Shown here piece after piece: positions 8,313 through 16,175 of a stretch of 32,000 nucleotides of DNA. Every line of letters begins with the position of its first letter. Position 1 is the first letter of the stretch. The stretch is from contig NZ_CP080507.1 of NCBI RefSeq assembly GCF_019464535.1, forward strand, positions 1,620,001 through 1,652,000. The letters are read 5' to 3'. The stretch comes from Horticoccus luteus (GTDB taxonomy: Bacteria > Verrucomicrobiota > Verrucomicrobiia > Opitutales > Opitutaceae). The position numbers and the translations under genes were made by a program. The notes under the pieces are model-generated. The model searched no databases and had not been told where the DNA came from. It saw only the letters and a list, made by a program, of their open reading frames with translations.

Positions 8313-9790
8313 GCACGGGTTCTCCGCGGCGGCGCTGGCTCGTCGGCATGGCGTTTTTGCTCCCGAACATCGCGGGGTTCTGCGCGTTCACCCTCGTGCC
8401 GCTGGCGCTGGCCGTGGCGATGGCGTTCTCCGATTGGGATATTTTGCGCCACAATGTGTTTCGCCACGAGCCGCTCGCGTTTGTCGGACTGGATAACTTC
8501 AGCCGACTGCTGCGCGATCCGCAGTTCTGGCAGTATCTCGGCAACACGCTGTTCATGATGCTGGGGTTGCCGTTTGCGATCGCAGGCAGCCTGGCGTCGG
8601 CGCTGCTGTTGACGCGCGTGAACCGCCGGCGGCTGCCCGCCAGCGGTTGGGTGCTGGGGGTGGCGACGCTGGTGTTCGTGGGCGCGGCGCTGGTTTTGCT
8701 GGCGGGCGGGATGGCACCGGGAGGCGTCGGGTGGATGTTTGGCGGACTGGCGCTGGGCGTGTTCGTGTTGGGCGTGGCGACCGGCGGCACCGCGTATCGC
8801 ACGCTGTTTTATCTGCCGCATTTCACGGCTGGCGTGGCGACGTTTGTGTTGTGGAAAAAACTCTACGATCCGCACAACGGCCCCGTGAATGCGGCGCTCG
8901 GTCCTGTGCTCGACGGCGCCGCGAGCGCCGTGCGGCATACGCCGTTTCTATTTGGCGAGGTGTTGCCGGTGGCCGCTGGCATCGGCGCGGTGGTGCTGAC
9001 GGCCTGGCAGCTCCGGCGTTTGCGGCGGCGTTGGCACGAGGGGGAAATCGGCGGGCTGGCGGTCACGCTCGGGTCGGGCGTGCCGGCGGCGGCGGTCGGA
9101 GCGTGGTGTCATTGGCAACGGGGATGGAACGCGTTCGCGTGGCCCGCGGCGGTGGCAGTCTTGGCCAGCATCGCGGCGGCGACGATGGTGCGGAGGCGTC
9201 CGTGGCGCGCCGCCCACGTGAGCACCGGCGTGGCGACCGAGTTCGCGCTGGCGATGCTCCTCGGGCCTGTGCTCGTTTTGCTGGTCGCCGCACTGGCGCT
9301 GGGGCCGGCGTTGCCGGCGGCCGCGACCGCAGGTTTCGCGGCGCCGAACTGGCTGGGCGATTACGGCTGGGCGAAGCCGGCGTTGATGATGATGGCGCTC
9401 TGGGCGGCGATCGGCTCGAACAACATGATCCTTTATCTCGCAGGCCTGAGTAACATCCCGCCCGAGTTGTATGAGGCGGCGGAGATGGACGGCGCGACGG
9501 CGCAGCAGCGTTTCTGGCACATCACGTGGCCGCAGCTCGCGCCCATCACGTTTTTCGTGTCGGTGATGGGCATCATCTACGGATTACAGGGCGGTTTTGA
9601 GATGGCGCGGGCGATGACGTTGGGCGGACCGGCGGGTTCGACGACGACGCTCAGTTACTACGTCTTCGTGCAGGCGTTCGAAGCCGGGCGACTGGGATAT
9701 GCGGCGGCGGTGTCGTGGATCATGTTTCTCTTGGTGTTCGTGATGTCGCTCGTGAATTTCCGACTGGGGAATCGTGATGCGAACGACTGA
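8309..9790 (+). CDS. Carbohydrate ABC transporter permease (MalF/UgpA-like), enlarged to 493 aa
   Basis: The ATG at 8309 overlaps the upstream stop. The N-terminus is typical (RRRWLVGMAFLLPNIAGFCAFTLVPLAL), and the EAA loop reads LSNIPPELYEAAEMDGATAQQRFWHITWPQLAP. Two long hydrophobic insertions make it about 200 aa longer than ordinary members. Confidence 0.8.
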   Translation: MSTGSPRRRWLVGMAFLLPNIAGFCAFTLVPLALAVAMAFSDWDILRHNVFRHEPLAFVGLDNFSRLLRDPQFWQYLGNTLFMMLGLPFAIAGSLASALLLTRVNRRRLPASGWVLGVATLVFVGAALVLLAGGMAPGGVGWMFGGLALGVFVLGVATGGTAYRTLFYLPHFTAGVATFVLWKKLYDPHNGPVNAALGPVLDGAASAVRHTPFLFGEVLPVAAGIGAVVLTAWQLRRLRRRWHEGEIGGLAVTLGSGVPAAAVGAWCHWQRGWNAFAWPAAVAVLASIAAATMVRRRPWRAAHVSTGVATEFALAMLLGPVLVLLVAALALGPALPAAATAGFAAPNWLGDYGWAKPALMMMALWAAIGSNNMILYLAGLSNIPPELYEAAEMDGATAQQRFWHITWPQLAPITFFVSVMGIIYGLQGGFEMARAMTLGGPAGSTTTLSYYVFVQAFEAGRLGYAAAVSWIMFLLVFVMSLVNFRLGNRDAND

Positions 9791-10646
9791 CGAGACGTTG
9801 ACGAAGCCGCTGGAGAGTCTGCCGGCGCGCGTCCGGCACTGGAGCGGCGGCATGGGGCTGCACGGCGTGATGACGGTGCTCAGCCTGGCGATGATACTGC
9901 CGTTCGCGTGGATGGTGCTGACGAGTCTGAAAACCCTGGCCGAGGCGGCCGATCCGGCGTGGTTGCCGCACACGGCGCAGTGGGGGAACTACCCGGAAGT
10001 TTTTCGCGTGATCCCTTTTCTCCGCTTCGCGGCGAACAGCCTCGTGGTGGCGGGTTGGGTGACGTTGTTGCAAGTATTCACGAGCGCGCTGGCGGCGTAT
10101 AGTTTCGCGCGACTCGACTGGCCGGGGCGTGACCGCGTGTTTTTCATTTATCTCGGCACGATGATGCTGCCGGGGCTCGTGATGCTGATTCCGAACTACG
10201 AGATCATGGTAAAGCTCGGCCTCGTGGATTCGTATCTCGGCCTGGTGCTGCCGGCGGCGTTCAGTGCGTTCGGCACATTTTTGCTCCGGCAATTCATGCT
10301 CGGCATCCCGCGCGCGCTCGACGAGGCCGCGGAAATCGACGGCGCGAGCAAGTGGCAGATTTTCTGGACGGTGATCATGCCGTTGAGCCGGCCGGGACTG
10401 GTGACGCTCGCGATCTTCACGCTGATGGGCAACTACCACAGCTTCTTCTGGCCGCTGGTGATGATGCGCACAGTCGACAAATACACGCTGCCGGTCGGGT
10501 TGTTGTTCTTCGACTCGGAGCACGGGCAGGCCACGCACCTGCTGATGGCAGCCGTCACGATGTCAGTGGTGCCGTTGATCGTGTTGTTCGTGCTGCTGCA
10601 GCGGCAGTTCATCCGCGGCATCCAGATCGGGGCAGTGAAAGGGTAG
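9774..10646 (+). CDS. Carbohydrate ABC transporter permease (MalG/UgpE-like), about 290 aa
   Basis: GTG at 9774 or ATG at 9777; the gene overlaps the upstream permease, which ends at 9790. The EAA loop is GIPRALDEAAEIDGASKWQIFWTVIMPLSRPG. It has a six-TM-like hydrophobic pattern. TAG at 10644-10646. Confidence 0.85.
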   Translation: MMRTTDETLTKPLESLPARVRHWSGGMGLHGVMTVLSLAMILPFAWMVLTSLKTLAEAADPAWLPHTAQWGNYPEVFRVIPFLRFAANSLVVAGWVTLLQVFTSALAAYSFARLDWPGRDRVFFIYLGTMMLPGLVMLIPNYEIMVKLGLVDSYLGLVLPAAFSAFGTFLLRQFMLGIPRALDEAAEIDGASKWQIFWTVIMPLSRPGLVTLAIFTLMGNYHSFFWPLVMMRTVDKYTLPVGLLFFDSEHGQATHLLMAAVTMSVVPLIVLFVLLQRQFIRGIQIGAVKG

Positions 10647-10666
10647 TGGTTGAACCCGCGCCGGGT

Positions 10667-13168
10667 CTATTCGCAGCGCAGCGCGATCATCGGATCGACG
10701 CGGGCGGCGCGGCGCGCGGGCAGCCAGCTCGCGAGCAGGCCGACGAGCAGAAGCAGCAGCGTGACCGCGCCGAAAATCAGCGGATCGGTGGGAGCGACGT
10801 CATACAACAGCGTGCGGATGTAACGGCTCAGATAAAGCGCGGCGACGAGACCGATGGTCAGGCCGCAGCCGGTTTTCCAGAGGCCTTGGCGCAGGATGAG
10901 CGCCACGATTTGCGCGCGCGTCGCACCGATGGCGCCGCGGATCCCGATTTCCTTCGTGCGTTGGGTGACGTCGTAGGCCAGCAACCCGTAGATGCCCACG
11001 GCGGCGAGGATCAATGCGATGCTGGCGTAGCCGCCGAGCAGCCACATGATGCCGCGGCGACCGGCGGCTTTGTTTTCGAGTTGGGTCCGCATCGTGGTTT
11101 CGCCGTAGATCGGCAGCGCCGGGTCCACACTGTGCAATTTGGCGCGAATCGCGGGGAGCATGTCCTCGAGCGTTCGCGTGGTGCGAAACTCCAGCGACAG
11201 GCCGCCGCGCGAGGTGTCGAGCGCCGCGTAGACGTAGGGTGCGGCATCGCGGTCTTCCAAACCGGCCACGTGCGCGTTTTCGGCGACGCCGATGATGACG
11301 GGCGCCTCCTCCGGTTTTTGATCCGGCGGTCCCCAGCCGAACAACTGGCCGACCGCGCTGCGGTCCGGGAAATAGCGTTCGGCGAATTTTCGTTCGACGA
11401 TGTAAACCGGCCGCGCGCCCGGGCGCAGATCGTCCGCGTTGAAGTTGCGTCCTTCCAGCAAACGGATGCCCATGGTTTCGAGGTAGCCCGGTGACACGCC
11501 AAACATGATGCCCGTGGGATAGGTGCCGTCCTGTCCCGCCGGCATCCCGCGGATCGGGAGGTTGGTCGTGCGGTTGATGTCCGACCCGGGCAGATACCAC
11601 GAATACGCGAGCGACTCGACGCCGGGGATCTCGCGCATTTTTTCCAGAATCCGGTTTTGCAATCCCTGGAGCATGACGGGGTCCGTATAGTTTGAATCGT
11701 AAGCGACCCGCGCGTAGAGGATGCGGTCCACATCGAAGCCGGGCCGGGTGGCCATGACTTTGGCGAAGCTGGTGATGAGGAGGCCGGCGCCGATCAACAG
11801 CACCAGCGCCAGCGCGACTTGAGCGACGACGAGACCGCTGCTGATCAACCGAAAACGTCCGCCGGCGGATGCGCCGCGCGTGCCGCTCTGAAGGGCGTTC
11901 TGCAGAGTGCGTTCCCGGCCGATGCGCGCCACGGGCAACGCGCCGATCAGCACCGCCACGACCAGCGAGACGAGCAACGTGAGCCCGAGGACGCCGCCAT
12001 CGATGCTCACGGGCGGGATGCCATAGACCACGCGGTCCGTATAGACGTTGATGACGCGGAGGGCCGAGGCGGCGAGCAGCAGGCCGAGGGCGCCGCCGCC
12101 AAGCGCGAGCAACACCGCTTCGAGCAGGATCTGGCGCGCGAGCATCGGCGTGGATGCGCCGAGCGCGCGGCGCACGGCCAGTTCGCTGCGCCGCGCGTTG
12201 ACGCGGGCGAGCGTGAGGCTGGCGACATTCACGCAGCCCAGCAGCAACACCAGCAGCCCGCAGCCTTGCAACAGCAGGAGGCTGCTCTTGATGGGCTTCG
12301 TCTGCTCCGCGCGAATTTGTTCCAGGCCCATGCGATGACCGCCGCTGACGAGATATTCGCGCAAGCGTGGATCCGCGAGCGCCTCCCGATTCCGTTCTTC
12401 CAACGTTTGGAGTTGGGCGAGTGCGGCGCCGAGCGCCACGCCCGATTTGACGCGTGCGCACATGTCGCCCATCGGGGCCATGCGCCACTCGGGCCGCGCC
12501 CGATCGGGCACCACTTCGTAAGGGACCATGAGCAAAGGCGCGGTGCTGAGCTCTTCAAAACTGCGGGGCACAATTCCGACGATGGTATAAAGGCGGCCGG
12601 ACAAGCGGAGCTCTTGGCCGACGATGTCAGGATCGCCGTTGAATTTCTTTTCCCAAAACGACTGCGTCACCACCGCCACGGCGCCCTGTCCGGGCCGGCA
12701 ATCTTCCGCGGTGAAGAAGCGTCCTTTCAACGGCTGCAGGCCGAGCACTTTGAAGTAGTCTGCGGTGATCTGCATGCCGACATAGCGGACGGTGGATCCT
12801 TCCTGACCGAGATTGAACATCCATCCATTCCACAGGGCGACGTCGCTCAAGAGGTCGGCGTGTTTTTGATAATCGAGAAATTGAGCCAGGCTCACGCGCA
12901 GCTTCATCTGCCCGGCCTTGGGGCGCATGTTGCAGATGTCGACGATCTGCCCGGCATCAGGGAAGGGCAGCGGTTTGAGCACCAGTCCGTAGAGCACGGT
13001 GAGGATGGTGGAATTGGCGCCGATGCACAGCGCGAGGGTTAGAATCACGGTCGCGCTGAACACCTTCGCCCGTCGCAGCGCGCGAAAGGAGAATCGCAGA
13101 TCGCGCCAGATATTGCTCAGTCCGACGAAGGCGCGCGTTCCGCTGGTTCGGGGTTCGACGTTGGACAT
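10667..13168 (-). CDS. Duplicated MacB/FtsX-like orphan permease (ADOP type), copy 3, 833 aa, lacking the N-terminal prefix domain
   Basis: The ATG at 13168 gives MSNVEPRTSGTRAFVGLSNIWRDLRFSFRALRRAKVFSATVILTLAL. There are two FtsX-type modules (ELAVRRALGASTPMLARQILLEA and EIGIRGAIGATRAQIVALILRQG) separated by long extracytoplasmic segments. The C-terminus is ARVDPMIALRCE. The track extension to 13270 starts with TTG and is Pro/Arg-rich. Confidence 0.85.
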   Translation of the reverse strand: MSNVEPRTSGTRAFVGLSNIWRDLRFSFRALRRAKVFSATVILTLALCIGANSTILTVLYGLVLKPLPFPDAGQIVDICNMRPKAGQMKLRVSLAQFLDYQKHADLLSDVALWNGWMFNLGQEGSTVRYVGMQITADYFKVLGLQPLKGRFFTAEDCRPGQGAVAVVTQSFWEKKFNGDPDIVGQELRLSGRLYTIVGIVPRSFEELSTAPLLMVPYEVVPDRARPEWRMAPMGDMCARVKSGVALGAALAQLQTLEERNREALADPRLREYLVSGGHRMGLEQIRAEQTKPIKSSLLLLQGCGLLVLLLGCVNVASLTLARVNARRSELAVRRALGASTPMLARQILLEAVLLALGGGALGLLLAASALRVINVYTDRVVYGIPPVSIDGGVLGLTLLVSLVVAVLIGALPVARIGRERTLQNALQSGTRGASAGGRFRLISSGLVVAQVALALVLLIGAGLLITSFAKVMATRPGFDVDRILYARVAYDSNYTDPVMLQGLQNRILEKMREIPGVESLAYSWYLPGSDINRTTNLPIRGMPAGQDGTYPTGIMFGVSPGYLETMGIRLLEGRNFNADDLRPGARPVYIVERKFAERYFPDRSAVGQLFGWGPPDQKPEEAPVIIGVAENAHVAGLEDRDAAPYVYAALDTSRGGLSLEFRTTRTLEDMLPAIRAKLHSVDPALPIYGETTMRTQLENKAAGRRGIMWLLGGYASIALILAAVGIYGLLAYDVTQRTKEIGIRGAIGATRAQIVALILRQGLWKTGCGLTIGLVAALYLSRYIRTLLYDVAPTDPLIFGAVTLLLLLVGLLASWLPARRAARVDPMIALRCE

Positions 13169-13211
13169 GATCCGGAGTGTGGGGCCCGCAGGTGCGATGC
13201 AACGCCGTAAG

Positions 13212-13454
13212 TCAGGCCTTGGGGGCTTCGGCCGCCACCGCCGGCTGGGCTTGGTCGGCTTCGGCGGCAAGCCGCACGCGTGTGAAATCCGCGCGCGTCG
13301 CCTCGAAGGAGTGGGAGACTTTCAGAAAGAGCCCGCGGGCGCCGCCGCCCATTCGCAACCAGACGGGTTGCGGAGCCAGCGCCGGATCACGGGTGGCAAA
13401 ACGTATTTCCAAGCCGCGCGGAGACGAACACGGACCCGGGCGTCGTGACGTCAT
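13212..13454 (-). CDS. Candidate small ORF (80 aa) between permease copies 2 and 3; unknown function; may be non-coding
   Basis: Its ATG (13454-13452) overlaps the TGA of permease copy 2 (13453-13451) in an ATGA arrangement. It has no recognisable motif and no TM segment. By my hand count, third-position G+C looks lower than in neighbouring genes. It overlaps comparably long plus-strand ORFs. Confidence 0.2.
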   Translation of the reverse strand: MTSRRPGPCSSPRGLEIRFATRDPALAPQPVWLRMGGGARGLFLKVSHSFEATRADFTRVRLAAEADQAQPAVAAEAPKA

Positions 13455-16105
13455 TCGCACCGCAGCGCTTCCATCGGATCGACTTTCGTTGCGCGCCGTG
13501 CCGGGAGCCAGCAGGCGAACAGGGCCACCGCGATCAGGAGGATGACGACAGCGGCGAAGACCGCGGGATCGATCGGACTGACCTGGAACAACAACGCTCG
13601 CAGCAGGCGGGACAACGCGAGCGCCGCGGCCAAGCCGATTGCCAAACCGACGCCGATGCGACGCCCGGCCTGCGCGAGGACCATGCGGAAGACGGCCGTG
13701 CGCGGGGCGCCGAGCGCCACGCGCACGCCAATTTCGCGGGTCCGCTGGGCGACACTGTAAGCGATCACTCCATAAACGCCCAGTGCCGTGAGCAACAAAG
13801 CGAGGCCCGCAAAGATCAAAAACAAGAGCATGCTGAGCCGGAATTTCGCGATCGAAACAGCCACGCCTGCTTCCAGACGAAACAGGCCGGCCAGCGGGAG
13901 TTGGGGATCGATTTGATGGATCGCTCCACGAAGGACAAGCGGGAGATCAGGGGCGTCGTCGCGGGCCTGAACGACGAGCAGCAGGTTCCGCGTCGTGGGA
14001 TTTTGCGCGAAAGGTTCGTAAACGCAGCCAGGCACAGCGCCGACCAGTGCCTCGGACGCCGGACCCCATTGTTTCACGTCGCCGACAATCCCCACGATTT
14101 CGCGCCAGGCCTTTGAGCCCGAGTTCAGAAGGATGCGTTGTCCGATGGGGTTCTGCCCGGGAAAGAAGTGCCGGGCGATGCTTTCGCTGATGATCGCCAC
14201 CGGTGGCGATTGCTTTTCATCGCGCGCAGAAAAACTACGGCCACTCAGCAAGGGGATACCCAAGACACGAAAGCAGTCAGGCGTAATGGCCGCATGAAGC
14301 GCGTTCTTTGCCGGCTGCGGATCGGGCGCACGGTCTTGGTCGATTTTGAAGCTCGTGCCCATGCTGCCAAAAATCGGCATGCCCGTGGTGAACGCGACGC
14401 CGTCGACTCCGGCCAAGCCCGACATCCGTTCAGTGAGTTGATCGACGAGCGCAGCCTGCTGGCTTTCGGCGCGATACTTTTCGGCCGGCAACTCCAACCG
14501 GTTCGCGAACACGCCGCCGGGGCGAAAACCCAGGTCAACGTGCTGCAATTTAATGAAACTGCGGCCCAACAAACCGGCGCCCGTCACGAGGAGCAAGGCG
14601 AGGGCGACCTCGAAAGCGACCAAGGCGCTGCGCAGGCGATGCGCCTTGCGATCACCGCCGGAGGCTCCGGACTTCATGCCCGTGGCGAGATCAACCCGCG
14701 ACGCGTTCCAGGCGGGAAGCAGACCGAAACTCAGGCCGGTGAGCAAAGTGATGAGCAAGCTGAACGCGAGCACCCGACCGTCGAGCGCGATGCCGCTGCT
14801 CCGCGGCAGACTGCCGGTGAGCGGCTTGAGCAGATCGATGCTCCAGTAGGCAAGCACGAGGCCGCCAAGTCCGCCGAGCAACGAGAGAAGGAGGCTCTCG
14901 CAGATCAACTGGCGCGCAATCCGGCCGCGGGTGGCGCCGAGCGCTGCGCGCAACGCGATTTCCTTCTGGCGCACCGTGGCGCGGGCGAAGAGCAGATTGG
15001 CGATGTTGGCGCAGGCAATCAGCAACAGAAATGCGACCGCGCCAAACAGGGTATAAAGAAGCGCGCGGACGCCGCTCAGCATGTATCCGGAATGCGCCAG
15101 CACGTCGTCGAGCAAGGAGGTGAGTTGCGCACCGTGGCCGGCGTTTGTCGCGGGTCTCGCTGCGGCGAGCGCACTCGACAACACATTGAGTTCTGCGCCG
15201 GCGGCGGCGGCGGACACGCCCGGTTTCAACCGGGCCACAACGGCGTCCGGGCGATCTTTGCCGGCGAAGTTCTCGCGATCGGCGGCCGTGACGGTCTGGG
15301 GCAGGAAGAAGTGCGGTGCGCGGTCGATCTGCTCGTCGGCCGGCATCACGCCAACGATCGTGCAGGGGCGGCCATTGAGTTCGACAGTTTGATTCACGAG
15401 GTCGGCGCGTGCGGCGTATTGTTTAACCCAGAACCAATGACTGATCACGGCCACCGCGTCGTGGCCCGGCACGGTCTCGTTGTCGCGGAATCCGCGGCCG
15501 AGCAAAAGCGGGCTGCCCAGCGTGGAAAAGTAGTTGGCCGTGACGTGCACCACGGTGACACGTTCCGGTTCGCCGGCTCCTGTCAGATTGGCGGAATCGA
15601 AACGCGAAGCGGCGATACCGGAAAAGGACGAGGCGTGGCGCGCCCAGTAGTAATAGGCGCCCCAAGTCGGCGGCGCGGCTCCGCCGTCGGGCGGAAACGT
15701 TTCCCGCAGCGTGACGAGGCGGTCCGATTGTGGATAGGGGAGCGGGCGCAAGAGGACGCCGTGGAGGACACTAAATATCGCCGTGGTCGCGCCGATGCTG
15801 AGCGCCAGCGTCAGCAGCGCGATCGCGGCGAAACCCGGCGCCTTGCGGAGTTGGCGGGCGCCATAGCGAAGATCCTGAAAGAACTGTTCGAGCCAGATGA
15901 GTCGGCGTTCATCCCGCGCCCGCTCCTTGATCTGCTCCACTCCGCCAAAGGCGCGGTGCGCTGCGTAACGCGCTTCCTCGGGTGACATGCCCTTTGCAAT
16001 GTTGCGTTCCGTCAACCCGTCGAGATGCGCCCGAATCTCCTCGGACATTTCGCGCTCGAGGCGGCGGCGCGCGAAGAGGGCTTTGAACTTGGTCCAGAGT
16101 TTCAT
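13451..16105 (-). CDS. Duplicated MacB/FtsX-like orphan permease (ADOP type), copy 2, 884 aa, with N-terminal permease-prefix domain
   Basis: ATG at 16105. The prefix is MKLWTKFKALFARRRLEREMSEEIRAHLDGLTERNIAKGMSPEEARYAAHRAFGGVEQIKERARD, followed by TM1 (FAAIALLTLALSIGATTAIF). There are two FtsX modules (EIALRAALGATRGRIARQLICE and EIGVRVALGAPRTAVFRMVLAQ). The C-terminus is TKVDPMEALRCE. Confidence 0.9.
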   Translation of the reverse strand: MKLWTKFKALFARRRLEREMSEEIRAHLDGLTERNIAKGMSPEEARYAAHRAFGGVEQIKERARDERRLIWLEQFFQDLRYGARQLRKAPGFAAIALLTLALSIGATTAIFSVLHGVLLRPLPYPQSDRLVTLRETFPPDGGAAPPTWGAYYYWARHASSFSGIAASRFDSANLTGAGEPERVTVVHVTANYFSTLGSPLLLGRGFRDNETVPGHDAVAVISHWFWVKQYAARADLVNQTVELNGRPCTIVGVMPADEQIDRAPHFFLPQTVTAADRENFAGKDRPDAVVARLKPGVSAAAAGAELNVLSSALAAARPATNAGHGAQLTSLLDDVLAHSGYMLSGVRALLYTLFGAVAFLLLIACANIANLLFARATVRQKEIALRAALGATRGRIARQLICESLLLSLLGGLGGLVLAYWSIDLLKPLTGSLPRSSGIALDGRVLAFSLLITLLTGLSFGLLPAWNASRVDLATGMKSGASGGDRKAHRLRSALVAFEVALALLLVTGAGLLGRSFIKLQHVDLGFRPGGVFANRLELPAEKYRAESQQAALVDQLTERMSGLAGVDGVAFTTGMPIFGSMGTSFKIDQDRAPDPQPAKNALHAAITPDCFRVLGIPLLSGRSFSARDEKQSPPVAIISESIARHFFPGQNPIGQRILLNSGSKAWREIVGIVGDVKQWGPASEALVGAVPGCVYEPFAQNPTTRNLLLVVQARDDAPDLPLVLRGAIHQIDPQLPLAGLFRLEAGVAVSIAKFRLSMLLFLIFAGLALLLTALGVYGVIAYSVAQRTREIGVRVALGAPRTAVFRMVLAQAGRRIGVGLAIGLAAALALSRLLRALLFQVSPIDPAVFAAVVILLIAVALFACWLPARRATKVDPMEALRCE
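15963..16105 (-). repeat. Nucleotide-level repeat: 5' end (prefix domain) of permease copy 2, paralogous to 18793-18935
   Basis: My hand alignment of 15963-16105 against 18793-18935 gives about 20 mismatches in 143 nt, with identical runs of 19-23 nt (for example cgaatctcctcggacatttcgcg and cggcggcgcgcgaagaggg). Confidence 0.8.
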
Positions 16106-16175
16106 GGGGTCGGAAGAGGGGTTGGGGTAAGGAGATTTTGGAATTGATCTTCAGCTTATAACTTACGGCTCATTT

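Noticed and set aside
6840-10646. Absence of an ATPase gene in the sugar ABC operon, considered as an anomaly.
   Set aside because: Carbohydrate ABC importers commonly share a MsiK/MalK-type ATPase encoded elsewhere in the genome, so this is not unusual. The lack of an ATPase matters only for the MacB-like orphan permeases.
10647-10666. A small hairpin, ACCCG-CGC-CGGGT (10654-10666), that fills the 20-bp gap between the convergent sugar-ABC and permease operons.
   Set aside because: It has a 5-bp stem, a 3-nt loop and no U tract, which is too weak to call a terminator. Convergent transcripts may simply overlap here.
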